Assembly (NCBI RefSeq): GCF_963921235.1
Contig: NC_086120.1
Coordinates: forward strand, 8,184,001 to 8,248,000
From: Mobula hypostoma
Lineage: Eukaryota
DNA length: 64,000 nucleotides
Direction: 5' to 3'
Shown: positions 25,854 to 36,899 of the stretch, piece by piece
How positions within the stretch are numbered: position 1 is the stretch's first letter
Layout of the letters: each line of letters opens with the position of its first letter
Translations under genes and position numbers: made by a program
Notes under the pieces: model-generated
The model's database searches: none
The model's input: only the letters and a program-made list of their open reading frames with translations
Told to the model about the DNA's origin: nothing

Positions 25854-26384
25854 GTAAGTGACAGGTAAGTCAATTCTGCAATTGCTAGCTGCATGAGTAT
25901 GGTCAACTGACGATAATATTTACATTATTATTTCGTGGCTAATTTTACAATGAAAACACAAATTTACGATCCAATCGTACTCCGTATCGAGTGTATACAG
26001 AGATGTGTTCAGTGAATATAGAGTTGTGTTGTAAAATGTTATCGTCTTTTTTCAAAAACTCTCTTTTCAGTTGTTTGTTTTTTTTTCTGGTGCCGTATGT
26101 TGTGTCTCAGGCATCTGCACGTCAATATTTAGCTTCTGAAATTGACCGCCCAACTCACTGCGCGGTTGTTATCCCATTCGTCTGGCCGATTTTGCTCTGG
26201 TGTGTTAGAAGCCAGCGTGAGGAGTTCCGGCTTCCCAAAATGCTGCCTGAGGTATAACTGTGGACCAGATGTAGCCCATTGTTGGCAAGACAGCAGATCG
26301 ACAGGTTTCATGTTATTGTATGAGGATGCTCCAGTGAATCCTCCGTCGAGCTTTCACTGAACTTCCATTCCTCGGCGTCTGGGT

Positions 26385-26500
26385 GGAACACTCCAGCAGA
26401 CACCCCAGCTGACGAAGGGTTCCGGTCCGAAACTTTGACTGATCGTTTCCACGGATGCTGCCCGACCTGCTGAGTTTCTCCAGCGTGTTGTGAGTGTTAC
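26385..26500 (-). mobile_element. Penelope-type 3' tail fragment in the J-C intron
   Basis: Contains gacgaagggttccggtccgaaac..gatgctgcccgacctgctgag. Confidence 0.6.
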
Positions 26501-27119
26501 CCAACCAATTATCTAGCCCTTGCTTCTATCCTGGCACTTTTTCACTTGAGCGCTGCTTCTTTTGGGGTACGGACCCTCAGTGATTTCGGTCGGTGCACCG
26601 ACTAAGGCCGGAGTTTCGGGTGTGTGGAGAATCCCACGTTCGTTCTACATCGTCAGAGATCACAGGGTGACTTTTCTAAACCAGCTCTTTGAAACTTAGG
26701 ACCACGCACATGTCGCCCTACACACTGGGTAAACACAGACTTATGTGATATGTTCTCGTTACAGCTGTGGGGGTGGGGCGGGGGCACAGTTGGGAAGCGG
26801 CTCATTAGAGATGAGTGGATGGGTACGTGTCACCCGGTAACAAAGGCTGGGTAGATACCGAGAGCTGGAGGTGGTCACTTAGCGGGTGATGCTGTAATTC
26901 AGCGACTCAACAGGAAAATCCTCAAACAGGGATTTGACAGCAAAAGTCTAGTCATTCAGTTTTGACTGAAATGTACTGCGCTCCGTGAGCACTGACCTGT
27001 TCCCTACAAAAGCCCTGGGCTGCATTCTGGGAAGGCAAAACCTTTCATTCGCCCTTCCATCCGACTGTGAAATGTCGATAGATTATCCTTGATCAGAAAC
27101 ATGTGTCCTCTTGTTTCAG

Positions 27120-27442
27120 ATCAGCAGCTCCCGGACCCTTCCGTAAAACTGCTTGGACCGTCTACCGAGGAGATCTCCGCTAAAGGAACCGGCACCTTAG
27201 TCTGCCTGGTCAGTAAGCTGTCGGTGGGCTTCCCTGTCATCAGCTGGACAGTGGACGGGAGTCCGACCTGCCGAGAGGTGAAAACCAGCGCCGTGAGGCG
27301 GAACACAGACAACACGTTCATTCTCAGCAGCTCCCTGACGGTGCCGGGCACAGACTGGAACTGTGGCAAGGTATTCTCCTGCGTCGTTAAGCTAGGAGCA
27401 GCCTCGACAACATCCGCAACTATCGCACAATCAAACTGTTAG
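27120..27442 (+). CDS. Immunoglobulin light-chain constant (C1) exon, sigma-like, open reading frame
   Basis: Acceptor ttgtttcag| at 27119 is phase-compatible with the J donor. Reads DQQLPDPSVKLLGPSTEEISAKGTGTLVCLVSKL..ISWTVDG..NTFILSSSLTV..FSCVV..QSNC*, with both Ig cysteines, the Trp and the terminal Cys. Confidence 0.92.
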
Positions 27443-28099
27443 ACAGAGCGTGATTTCGTACATGTTTGCTCCCAGCTGCAGGGGTTAACATTTTTGCTTG
27501 CATTATTCACCCTCTAACACTCTCTTCACTGAACACCGAACTCTGATCAGCTCTCTGTGGTTACCATTGTGTTGTTAGAATATTTCCAACTGAGGCCGAT
27601 TTTGTTTCGTTTCACACACCGGGGGCTAAGTGGGGTAAAATTGGCCTGTTACTTGTCATCATTAGAAATATCAGCTGGTGAGTTGTTTTCTCTGTTACCA
27701 GGGATGGATCTAACTGAAGTTATTAATAAGTCTGTTAATGATTTCTCAGCAGTTTCAGACTGACAGATGGTAACGGCCACACACTGCTTATAAAGATGTT
27801 CGGTGCAGGAATGATTTGCGTGTGTGCGTCTTGTTCTCTTGTGTGCGCTTCCCATTCTCATCCGGGTGGGAGGAGGGAGTAGACTCGCGCGCGTTGAACG
27901 GCACTGACCAATGTAGTCCGGCCGTCTGAAATCCTACAGTCTTGCCGTTGGTGAAGTAGGGAAGGAGGGGGCGAGGGAGGGAAATAGGGGGCGGTGGAGA
28001 GAGGAGGAGAAAGAGAGACACCGACAGACAAACAAACAGCCCTGGGGGTGGACAGAAAAGGTGAGAAAAATAGACCTCTAAGCGACCAGGGAAGGAGGT

Positions 28100-28980
28100 C
28101 GGAGTGGGTCTCTCTCGATGTCCTTGTACGTATTTACAACTCCAACTCTAGACGTGACCCAGCACAAGATCGCAACGTACAAAAGATTGCCCTTTTTCAT
28201 ACCTTTCAACTCACCTTGCCCGAATCATTTCCCATGGGACAGTACCAGGCTACTGGGTCATTTTGCCTTCAAAAACAAAGAGCTTTTCCGCCATTATCTA
28301 CTCTTTGGGATGTAGAATATTACTCACACTCATTTCTCCAAACCTTGTTGTGGACAGGTCTCTTTGTCCTTTCTCAGATCATTCCCACATTCCAGACCAA
28401 TATCTTACAAACCCCCAGTGTGCGGTATACATTTAGCAAAAACTAACAAGGAATCAATTTTAACTTTTTCCTTACACTCCACCCATTGATTCCTCTTTTG
28501 TAGATTATACAAGAGCAAAATACAGACTAAATCCAGGTAGCAACTCTAATATAATCGTCTAAACAGTGGAATTACCATAGTAGACTTCATAAAGGCAGTC
28601 GGCTAAATTAACTGCTGAACAAGCACAACAAATAATGCGACTATAGCAATTTATGATGGGAGGCTAAGCAAAAGTATATCAGAAAGTTTGTTCCTTAGCT
28701 TCCACGAACATGTCGGGGAGAAGGTGTTATCACATCGGAGAATGTCATCTTCCATACTGGATATCTCCGTGTCCTTTTCAAGCATCCAGGATGTACTCTC
28801 TATATCTCGATTCAAAGGAAGGCCTATATTGAGGATTGCAATAGTTCTAGCACTCTCAGTCTACCTGAAGCAGAACAATACACCGTTATTACCAGTTTTT
28901 CACAGTGTTAAAATTATTTCCATTTGTTATTCACCCTTTTTAAGCACATCAGATATTCTTTCCCTTGCACTGATACTAAG
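28100..28980 (-). mobile_element. Degenerate L1/Tx1-like ORF2 C-terminus and 3' region
   Basis: Minus readings LRCDNTFSP / DMFVEAKEQTF* resemble the L1 C-terminal CCHC knuckle (RC..HMFWSC). Confidence 0.4.
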
Positions 28981-28984
28981 TATC

Positions 28985-30331
28985 AAGGATGTGATAACAG
29001 CACATTTGGAAAGCGGTGAAATGATCGGACAAAGTCAGCATGGATTTGTGAAAGGAAAATCATGTCTGACGAATCTCATAGAATTTTTTGAGGATGTAAC
29101 TAGTAGAGTGGATAGGGGAGAACCAGTTGATGTGGTATATTTGGATTTTCAAAAGGCTTTTGACAAGGTCCCACACAGGAGATTAGTGTGCAAACTTAAA
29201 GCACACGGTATTGGGGGTAAGGTATTGGTGTGGGTGGAGAATTGGTTAGCAGACAGGAAGCAAAGAGTGCGAATAAACGGGACCTTTTCAGAATGGCAGG
29301 CGGTAACTAGTGGGGTACCGCAAGGCTCAGTGCTGGGACCCCAGTTGTTTACAATATATATTAATGACTTGGATGAGGGAATTAAATGCAGCATCTCCAA
29401 GTTTGCGGATGACACGAAGCTGGGTGGCAGTGTTAGCAGTGAGGAGGATGCTAAGAGGATGCAGGGTGACTTGGATAGGTTGGGTGAGTGGGCAAACTCA
29501 TGGAAGATGCAATTTAATGTGGATAAATGTGAAGTTATTCACTTTGGTGGCAAAAATAGGAAAACAGATTATGATCTGAATGGTGGCCGATTAGGAAAAG
29601 GGGAGGTGCAACGAGACCTGGGTGTCATTATACACCAGTCATTGAAAGTGGGCATGCAGGTACAGCAGGCGGTGAAAAAGACGAATGGTATGCTGGCATT
29701 TATAGCGAGAGGATTCGAGTACAGGAGCAGGGAGGTACTACTGCAGTTGTACAAGGCCTTGGTGAGACCACACCTGGAGTAGTGTGTGCAGTTTTGGTCC
29801 CCTAATCTGAGGAAAGACATCTTTGCCATAGAGGGAGTACAAAGAAGGTTCACCAGATTGATTCCTGGGATGGCAGGTCTTTCATATGAAGAAAGACTGG
29901 ATGAACTGGGCTTGTACTCGTTGGAATTTAGAAGATTGAGGGGGGATCTGATTGAAACGTATAAGATCCTAAAGGGATTGGACAGGCTAGATGCGGGAAG
30001 ATTGTTCCCGATGTTGGGGAGGTCCAGAACGAGGGGTCACAGTTTGAGGATAGCGGGGAAGCCTTTTAGGACCGAGATTAGGAAAAAACTTCTTCACACA
30101 GAGAGTGGTGAATCTGTGGAATTCTCTGCCACAGCAAAGTTGAGGCCAGTTCATTGGCTATGTTTAAGAGGGAGTTAGATATGGCCCTTGTGGCTACAGG
30201 GGTCAGGGGGTATGAAGGGAAGGCTGGGTTCTGAGTTGGATGATCAGCCATGATCATAATAAATGGCGGTGCAGGTTCGAAGGGCCGAATGGCCTACTCC
30301 TGCACCTATTTTCTATGTTTCTATGTTTCTA
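28985..30331 (+). pseudogene. 5'-truncated young CR1 RT, in-frame stop at 29780-29782, (ctatgttt)n tail
   Basis: SQHGFVKGKSCLTNL..GVPQGSVLGP..FADD; tail at 30306-30331. Confidence 0.92.
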
Positions 30332-30334
30332 AGT

Positions 30335-31047
30335 ATGTGTTATCATTTCGGTTGCAACCATCTCCCACTTGCAAAGTCGTTAAGTTGGAATATGCTCACA
30401 TACTATCCCTCCCGCTCATCTCATCCATCACGTCTATTCAGTGTCCAAACATTCCTTCCGGGAGAGGCAACACTTCACCTGCGAATCTGCTAGGGTCGTC
30501 TTATGTAGCCTGAGCTTTCGGTGCGGCCTCTCTGCGTTGGTGAGACCCGTCGTAGCTCGGGGAACAGCTTCGTCGATCATCTCCAAACCATCCGCTGCAG
30601 GCGGAATTTCACGGTGGCCAAACATTTTAATTATGCTACTCATTCTTGTTCGTGTTCCAACGTGACGATCCATGGTCTCCCCTTGTGCCAAGATGAGGCC
30701 ACCCTGAGGATGGAGGAGCAACAGCTCAAATTCTGTCTGAGTACCCTCCAACTTGATGGCATAAATATCGATTTCTCCTCCCGTTAAACAAAAAATGCAT
30801 CCCCTCTTTATTCACCATTCCGAGCTTTTACCTGTCTATTAATTCAAACTGGGTCCCACCCTCCGTACCTTTCTCACAGTGTCCGCTCTTCTGTCCTGTC
30901 AGTTTCTTATTTCCCTATTCCTTGAACTATCCCATCCACCTGGTTTCAGCTATCACTTTCCTTTCCCTCCCCCACCCCCACCCCCACCCTTTAGTTCAGG
31001 CACCTCGCTCCTTCTCTCTCAGAGCTAAAGAACAGTCACGGTCCGAT
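30335..31047 (+). mobile_element. Penelope-like 3' part (GIY-YIG relic and tail)
   Basis: RERQHFTCESARVV; LCVGETRRSSG; pyrimidine-rich tail ending near cacggtccga. Confidence 0.7.
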
Positions 31048-31410
31048 TTTATCATGTTTGCACTTTCCCTCCCCTCTGTATGAGGCCCGTTGGCGCCCGC
31101 ATGTTCCTCCTGTTCTGAAATATATTTGCGATCTTGGGGTCAGGATCCGTTTGTCAGGTTGTACAAGGCTTGGGATAGTGTTATCAGCAAGGAATGGGTT
31201 GATGTTAATTGGCGAAGAATAATAGGATGTATGAAACACCCAATGAATGCCATTGCTGGAAGTTCCGTCTTCCAGTGCTTGCCCTGAAAAATAAGACCAA
31301 TTGTACGATGATTGTATTCCTTGCGGGTTCCCATAACAAATGATTAACTTCTGCAATCCTTTGAGATTATGATCTGATCCGTCTATATACATGGAATTGT
31401 CATTATAATA
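31036..31410 (-). other. Unassigned ORF (118+ codons) in the same non-repeat island; possible VP1 C-terminal extension, or the antisense of a large-T C-terminal fragment
   Basis: Open minus frame (MYIDGSDHNL...YFRTGG...KIGP). The plus frame 31090-31287 contains KAWDSVISKEW. Matches none of the repeats in the window. Confidence 0.3.
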
Positions 31411-31426
31411 CTAAGATAGGCGTCAA

Positions 31427-32263
31427 TCATACTGTGCAAATATTTAAATCGTAGCTGCCGTGGAGTGTTTCTGATGGAATCAATCTGCTATATATGGACA
31501 GGCCAGTCTCTTTCCCAATATGGGCGGCTGGTTTCTCCGGAAAGCTTTGCTTTTTGAGCTGTTCCTGCAAAAATGTTCCTGCATCCAAGTTAAATGCATC
31601 AACATTCTACTCTGGTAATTCCCCCTGGACGGTCCCAAAGAGGGCAGGGAAAGGAGAAGGATTGGACATGGGTGTAGCAACCAAATTCCGTAAAAAAAAA
31701 CGAGCTGTAGAAACGCCAACAGAAGCTCCAAAGACCCTACACCCGGGGAGAGTAAGGATCTTCCAAGGTGAGCTACTACTTGAAAGTCTGGCTCAGGATA
31801 AAGGACTCTGTCAGTGGCCTTCGCCTCAGAAGGGCTTAACTAAATTTCCTCACCGATACGTCGGCTTTCCTGGGGCGTACAGGGATAGAAACTTCCGTAA
31901 ACTTGGTGTGTTTTTTTCTTAATCCGGCGCTGCCCATGTAATTGGTGCTGCGGATGGGATTTTGGGGATGAAGGAGGGTGACACCAAGGCGGGACGTTCA
32001 GTAGTCTCTGTGTGTCCATCCACGGGCATGCAACATGCTGACACCCTCCGAGTCCTCACTTGTTGCTTCTGCAAAGTATCGCTTCCGCTTTACAACTGAC
32101 AGTTGCCGTTTTGTTAGTGGTGACCTCCAAGAGCTCCCACGTCGGGATGAGGAGATAGGGTTTCATAACGACGTCCTTTCCCTCTGTAACAGCTTCTGTG
32201 CCCCCTAAAGTCAATATGTTCGGGACGGCAACAGCTAACGCAGGATTATGTTCATTTAGTGTA
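31427..32263 (-). pseudogene. Candidate endogenous polyomavirus-like major capsid protein VP1 relic
   Basis: Collinear VP1-like motifs. One frame has VPNILTLGGTEAV..LLIP (from 32226). A second frame has APITWAAPD*EKN..RKFLSLYAPG (W at 31936), PL, ARFF (31705) and NPSPFPALF (N at 31663). The W-to-NP spacing is 91 codons, against about 89 in SV40 VP1 as recalled. Several stops and an apparent deletion with frameshift. Recognised by eye only. Confidence 0.6.
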
Positions 32264-32420
32264 TACACACAAAAGCTGGAGGAACTTCATCAGGCCAGAC
32301 AGCATGAATATGAAAATGAATAAGCAGTCCATGTTTTGGGGCAACACCCTTCATCAGGACGGGAATGGAATGGCGAACACACGAGAATAAATGTGGTGGA
32401 GAGGGAGGCGAAAGACAGCT
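32264..32420 (-). mobile_element. Penelope-type 3' tail fragment
   Basis: acacacaaaagctggaggaac..cccttcatcaggac, the same family as the tails at 12830 and 46535. Confidence 0.7.
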
Positions 32421-32429
32421 GTGTCCCAT

Positions 32430-35090
32430 GCTAGAAACATAGAAAATCTACAGCACAATACAGGCCATTTGTCTCACAAAGCTGTGCCGAACATGTCCTT
32501 ACCTTAGAACTACCTAGGATTACCCATAGCCTTCTATTTTTCTGAGCTCCATGTATCTATCCAGAAGTCCATTAAAAGGTCCTATCATTTCCGCTTCCAC
32601 CACCAGTGTCGGCAGCCCATTTCAGGCACTCACCACCCTCTGCGTAAAAAAAAACTTACCCCTGACATCTCCTCTGTTTACCACTTCCAAACACCTTTAA
32701 ACAACGCCATCTTGTCCAAGCTAATTCAGCCTTGGGAAAAGGCCTCTGACTATCCATATGATCGATGCCTCTCATTATCATGTACAATTTTATCAGGTCA
32801 CCTCTCATCCTCCGTCACTCCAAGGAGAAAAGGCCGAGTTCACTCAACATATTCTCATAGGCCTGCTACCCCAATCCAGGCAACATCCTTGTAAATCTCC
32901 TCTGCACCCTTTCTATGGATTCCACGTCCTTCCTGTAGTGAGGCGACCAGAACTGAGCACAGTACTCCAAGTGGGTTCTGGACAGGGTCCTATATATCTG
33001 CAACATTATCTCTCTTCTCTTAAACTCAATCCCATATTTGATGAAGGCCAATAGACCGTCTGCCTTCTTAACCATAGAGTCAACCTTTGTAGCAGCTTTG
33101 AATGTCCTGTGGACTTGGAACCCAAGAACCATCTGATCCTCCACACTGTTAAGAGTCTTGCCATTAATGCCCTCCACACTATCCATAACACCCCCAACCT
33201 TGGTGTCATCAGCAAATTTACTAACCCATCCCACCATTTCCTCATCCAGTTCATTAATAAAAATCATGAAAAGTTGAGATCCCAGAACAGATCCCTGAGG
33301 CACACCACTGGTCACTGACCTCCATGCAGAATGTGACCCCTCTGCAACCACACTTTGCCCTTTGTGGGCAAGCCAGTTCTGGATCCATAAAGCAATGTCC
33401 CCTTGGATCCCATGCCTCTTTACTTCCTCAATAACCCTTGCTTGGGGTACCTTATCATTTTTTTAATGCTGAAATCCATATACACTGTATCTACGGCTCT
33501 ACCTACATCAACTTCTTTGGTCACATCCTCAAAAAAAAATCAATCAGGCTACTAAGGCATGACCTGCCTTTCACAAAGACATGCTGACTATTCGTAATCA
33601 TGTTATGCCTCTCCAAATGTTCATAAATCCTGTCTCTTAGGATCTTCTCCATCAACTTATCAACCACTGAAGTAAGACTCACTGGTCTAAAATTTCCTGG
33701 GCAATCTCGCCTCCCTTTCCTGAATAAGAAAACAAAATATGCAACTATCCAATCTTCCGGAACCTCTCCCGTCCTCATTGATGATGCAAATATTATCACC
33801 AGAGGCTCAGCACTCTCCTCCCTCACTTAACACAGGAGCCTGGGGTACATCCTGTACAGTCATGGTGACTATCCAACTTTATGCTTTCCAAAAGCTCCAG
33901 CACATCCTCTTTCTTAATATCTACATGGTCAAGCTTTTCAGTCTACAGCAAGTCCTCCCTACAATCACCAAGATCCTTGTCCAGAGTGAATACTGAAGCA
34001 ATGTATTCTGTAAGCAGCTCTGCTATCTCCATACACACTTTTCCACTATCACACATGACTGGTCCTATTCTATCATGTCTATACACTTGCCCTTCAAATA
34101 CTTGCAGAAGTCTTGGAGTTTTCTTTAATGCTGTCCGCCAAGGCCCTCTCATGGCCACTTCTGGCTCTCCTAATTTCATTCTTAAGCTCCTTCCTGCTCT
34201 CCATATAATCTTCCAGATCTCTATCATTACCTCATTTTCTGAACCTTTCGTAAGCTCTTCTTTTCTTCTTGGCGAGATTTATAACAGCCTTTGTCCACCA
34301 CAGTTCCTGTACCCTGGCATCCTTTCCCTGTCTCATTGGAAAGTACCTCTGCAAAACCCCACGCAAATATCCCCTGAATATTTGACACATTTCTTCCGTA
34401 CATGTCCCTGAGAACATTTGTTTCCAATTTATTCTTCCAAGTTTCTGTCTGATAGACTCATTATTCTCTTAACTCCACTTAAATGTTTCCCTAACTTGTC
34501 CATTCCTATTTCTCTCCAGTTCTATGGTAACGGAGATAGAATTGTGATCACTATCTCCAAAATATTCTCCTACTGCGAGCTCTGACAACTGACCAGGATC
34601 ATTTCCCAATACCAGATCAAATATAGCCTCTCCTCTTGTAGGCTTGTCTACATATTGTGTCAAGGAACCTTCCTGAACACACCTATCAAACTCCACCCCA
34701 TCTAAAACCCTCACTTTAGGGTGAAGCCAATCAATATTTGGCAAATTGAATTTCTCCCACCACAATAACCCTGTTATTATTACACCTTTGCAGAGTCTGT
34801 CTCTCTATCTGCTCCTTGATGTCCCTGTTACTATTGGGTGGTCGATAAAAAAAAAAACTCCCAGTAGAGTTATTGACTCTGTCCTATTCCTAACTTTCAC
34901 CCACAGAGACTCCGTAGGCAACCCCTGCATCACTTACTGCTTTTCTGCTGCTGTGACACTATCTCACAGCAACAATGTCATGCTTCCAGCTCTTTTGCCT
35001 CCTTCCATGTCATTTCTGAAACATCTGAAGCCTGGGACGTGAAGTAGACAGTCCAGACCCTGCACCATCCAAGTCTCTGTAATAGCCACA
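32430..35090 (-). mobile_element. CR1 LINE ORF2 (EN-RT), frameshifted
   Basis: Minus ORFs 32866-33351 (GVPQGSVLGS..FADD), 33521-33826 and 34469-34765. Confidence 0.9.
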
Positions 35091-35159
35091 ACAACATAGC
35101 TCCTTTTTAATTCTTATACATGTAGAAATACTTTTTCTCAGTTCTTACATTCATGTCGC

Positions 35160-36170
35160 AATTGTTCTCAGACATTCCATTCTAGAACATGGGAGATACG
35201 AGATGTCCTCATTTATTTATAAAAGAGGGATTTCCTTTATCACTGATGCTGCGCTCACCCAAATCTCCTCCATTTTACACACATCTGCCCCATTGTAACA
35301 GGGATAGGTCATTCTTTCCAAATGGACTCCACATCCAGATTATAACTTTTCGCAAATCTGCCATCTCGTTCAATATTCCATCAACAGACACATCTCAGTG
35401 ATGGCCTTAGATATCAATCCTACATTTTTCCCTTGTCCACCCATCATTCACCTCAAATCCTCCTCCTGGCACCTATCCCTGCCACTGTCACAAGTACTAC
35501 TCCTTCATCCTCACTATTCAGGTCCTCAAAGTGTCTTTCAAGGCGAGGAAATAATTCAACTGCGAATCTGTCTGGGTGATTTATTGTATCGGTGCTCTCG
35601 GTGCTGAGTTCTCTATACTGGTGAGACCGCTTCATCAAGCATCTTCTCTCTGCTCTCTGAGAAAGCCAGGATCTCTCTGTAGCCACGGTTTCAATTCAAC
35701 TGCTCTGCAACCATGACGAGGCCAAACTGAGTTTGAAAGTGCAGCACCGCATATTCCGTTTTGTTAGCCTCGAACCTCAAGGTATGAACAAAAATTTCGC
35801 TAACTTTCAGTATTTTCTAACCCCTCCTATTCTCCTCCCCTTCTCTTTTTACCTTTCCCTTTCAGGTTACCTTTTCATGCTTTCTCTTCTCCTCCTCCGC
35901 TCTCTTTACTATTTTCTGCCTCTGGGACCCCCTGCCCTTTGATCTTTGATCGACTGTCATCCTCTATTATTTGCCTACCTCATTACCCCTTTGCCCAATC
36001 CATCTATCATCCACCCCTACCCCAACTTGCTACCTCACCTGGTCTCACTTATCAGCTGTCGGCTTGTCCTCCCGGTGATCACTCCCAAACAACTTTTCTA
36101 ATTCCGGCAGCTTCTGATGAAGGCTCGCGGCCTGTAACATTGACTGCTTATTTCCCTGTATACATTCTGC
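35160..36170 (+). mobile_element. Degenerate Penelope-like 3' part
   Basis: GIY-YIG relic (LLYRCSRC, YTGETASS) and tail gatgaaggctcgcggcctgtaac. Confidence 0.6.
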
Positions 36171-36899
36171 CTGAGTATATACAGTGTTCTTTGTTTGTTT
36201 GCATATCTGGTTCACAAAGACATGAAGTGTGACATGAATCATTTCAATAAGACTTTTGAAAAAGGAGGGCTCTGATTATTTTGTGTATGGTCACAGGAAG
36301 CAATGATATGGATTAATGATTCAATGGTTGCCCTCTCAGTTGGACCTGTAAAACACAATGTAAACATATGTCAGCTGAATATATGAGCAGCAAAACATTT
36401 CAAACTGGAAATCGCACACTCACTCTACATGACATTGACAATGACCCTTTCCCCCTTTGCTGATGAGCGAGAGTAGACAGATTAGACACTAATTAGCTGG
36501 ATAGATTTTTTTTTTGTTGTTGAACAGAACAAACCATGCACACAAAAGTTCTGAATTTCTCCTGGACCCTCGGATGCCTACTCCCATGACCGTTCACAAT
36601 CTATCAGCTGTAGATTCAGTGTGGCAGGTTTGTCACTCAATGGATAGACAACTTGTAGTGAAGGGACTTGAAGCCTGCATGGGTCTCGTTAAAGTCTATT
36701 ATCATCATCCTCTCAATTTATGGTGCCAGCTGTAAATGTGAAAGTTGTGCCCCCTGAACCCAAATGCAAGTCATTAATATGGATGAAGGACTGACATCAT
36801 ACCGGCACCTGGGTACTCATTCACACTTCCATCCAGTCTGATCAGTAACATATCAAGTTACTCTCTCTTTATTATATTACCGTATCCATGGAGACAAAA

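Noticed and set aside
25497-27442. T-cell receptor (gamma/beta) interpretation of the VJ-C gene
   Set aside because: The single C exon ends in Cys-stop with no hinge or transmembrane exon seen, which is a light-chain feature.
28688-29782. 364-aa ORF as a novel membrane protein-RT fusion
   Set aside because: The N-terminal third is antisense read-through of an L1-like relic upstream of a 5'-truncated CR1. The fusion is incidental.
31036-31392. Chaphamaparvovirus capsid reading, based on YFRTGG near the C-terminus
   Set aside because: The other parvovirus motifs are not collinear at the right spacing. The polyomavirus VP1 match upstream is more coherent.
31494-31922. 142-aa plus ORF with a KFRKKKR NLS-like motif
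   Set aside because: It is the exact antisense of the VP1-like frame and has no recognisable homology. It remains a caveat, because it is more open than the proposed sense frame.
36340-36360. Minus-strand acceptor-like ttgtgttttacag| as a further Ig or cathepsin exon
   Set aside because: The downstream translations show no Ig or papain motifs.
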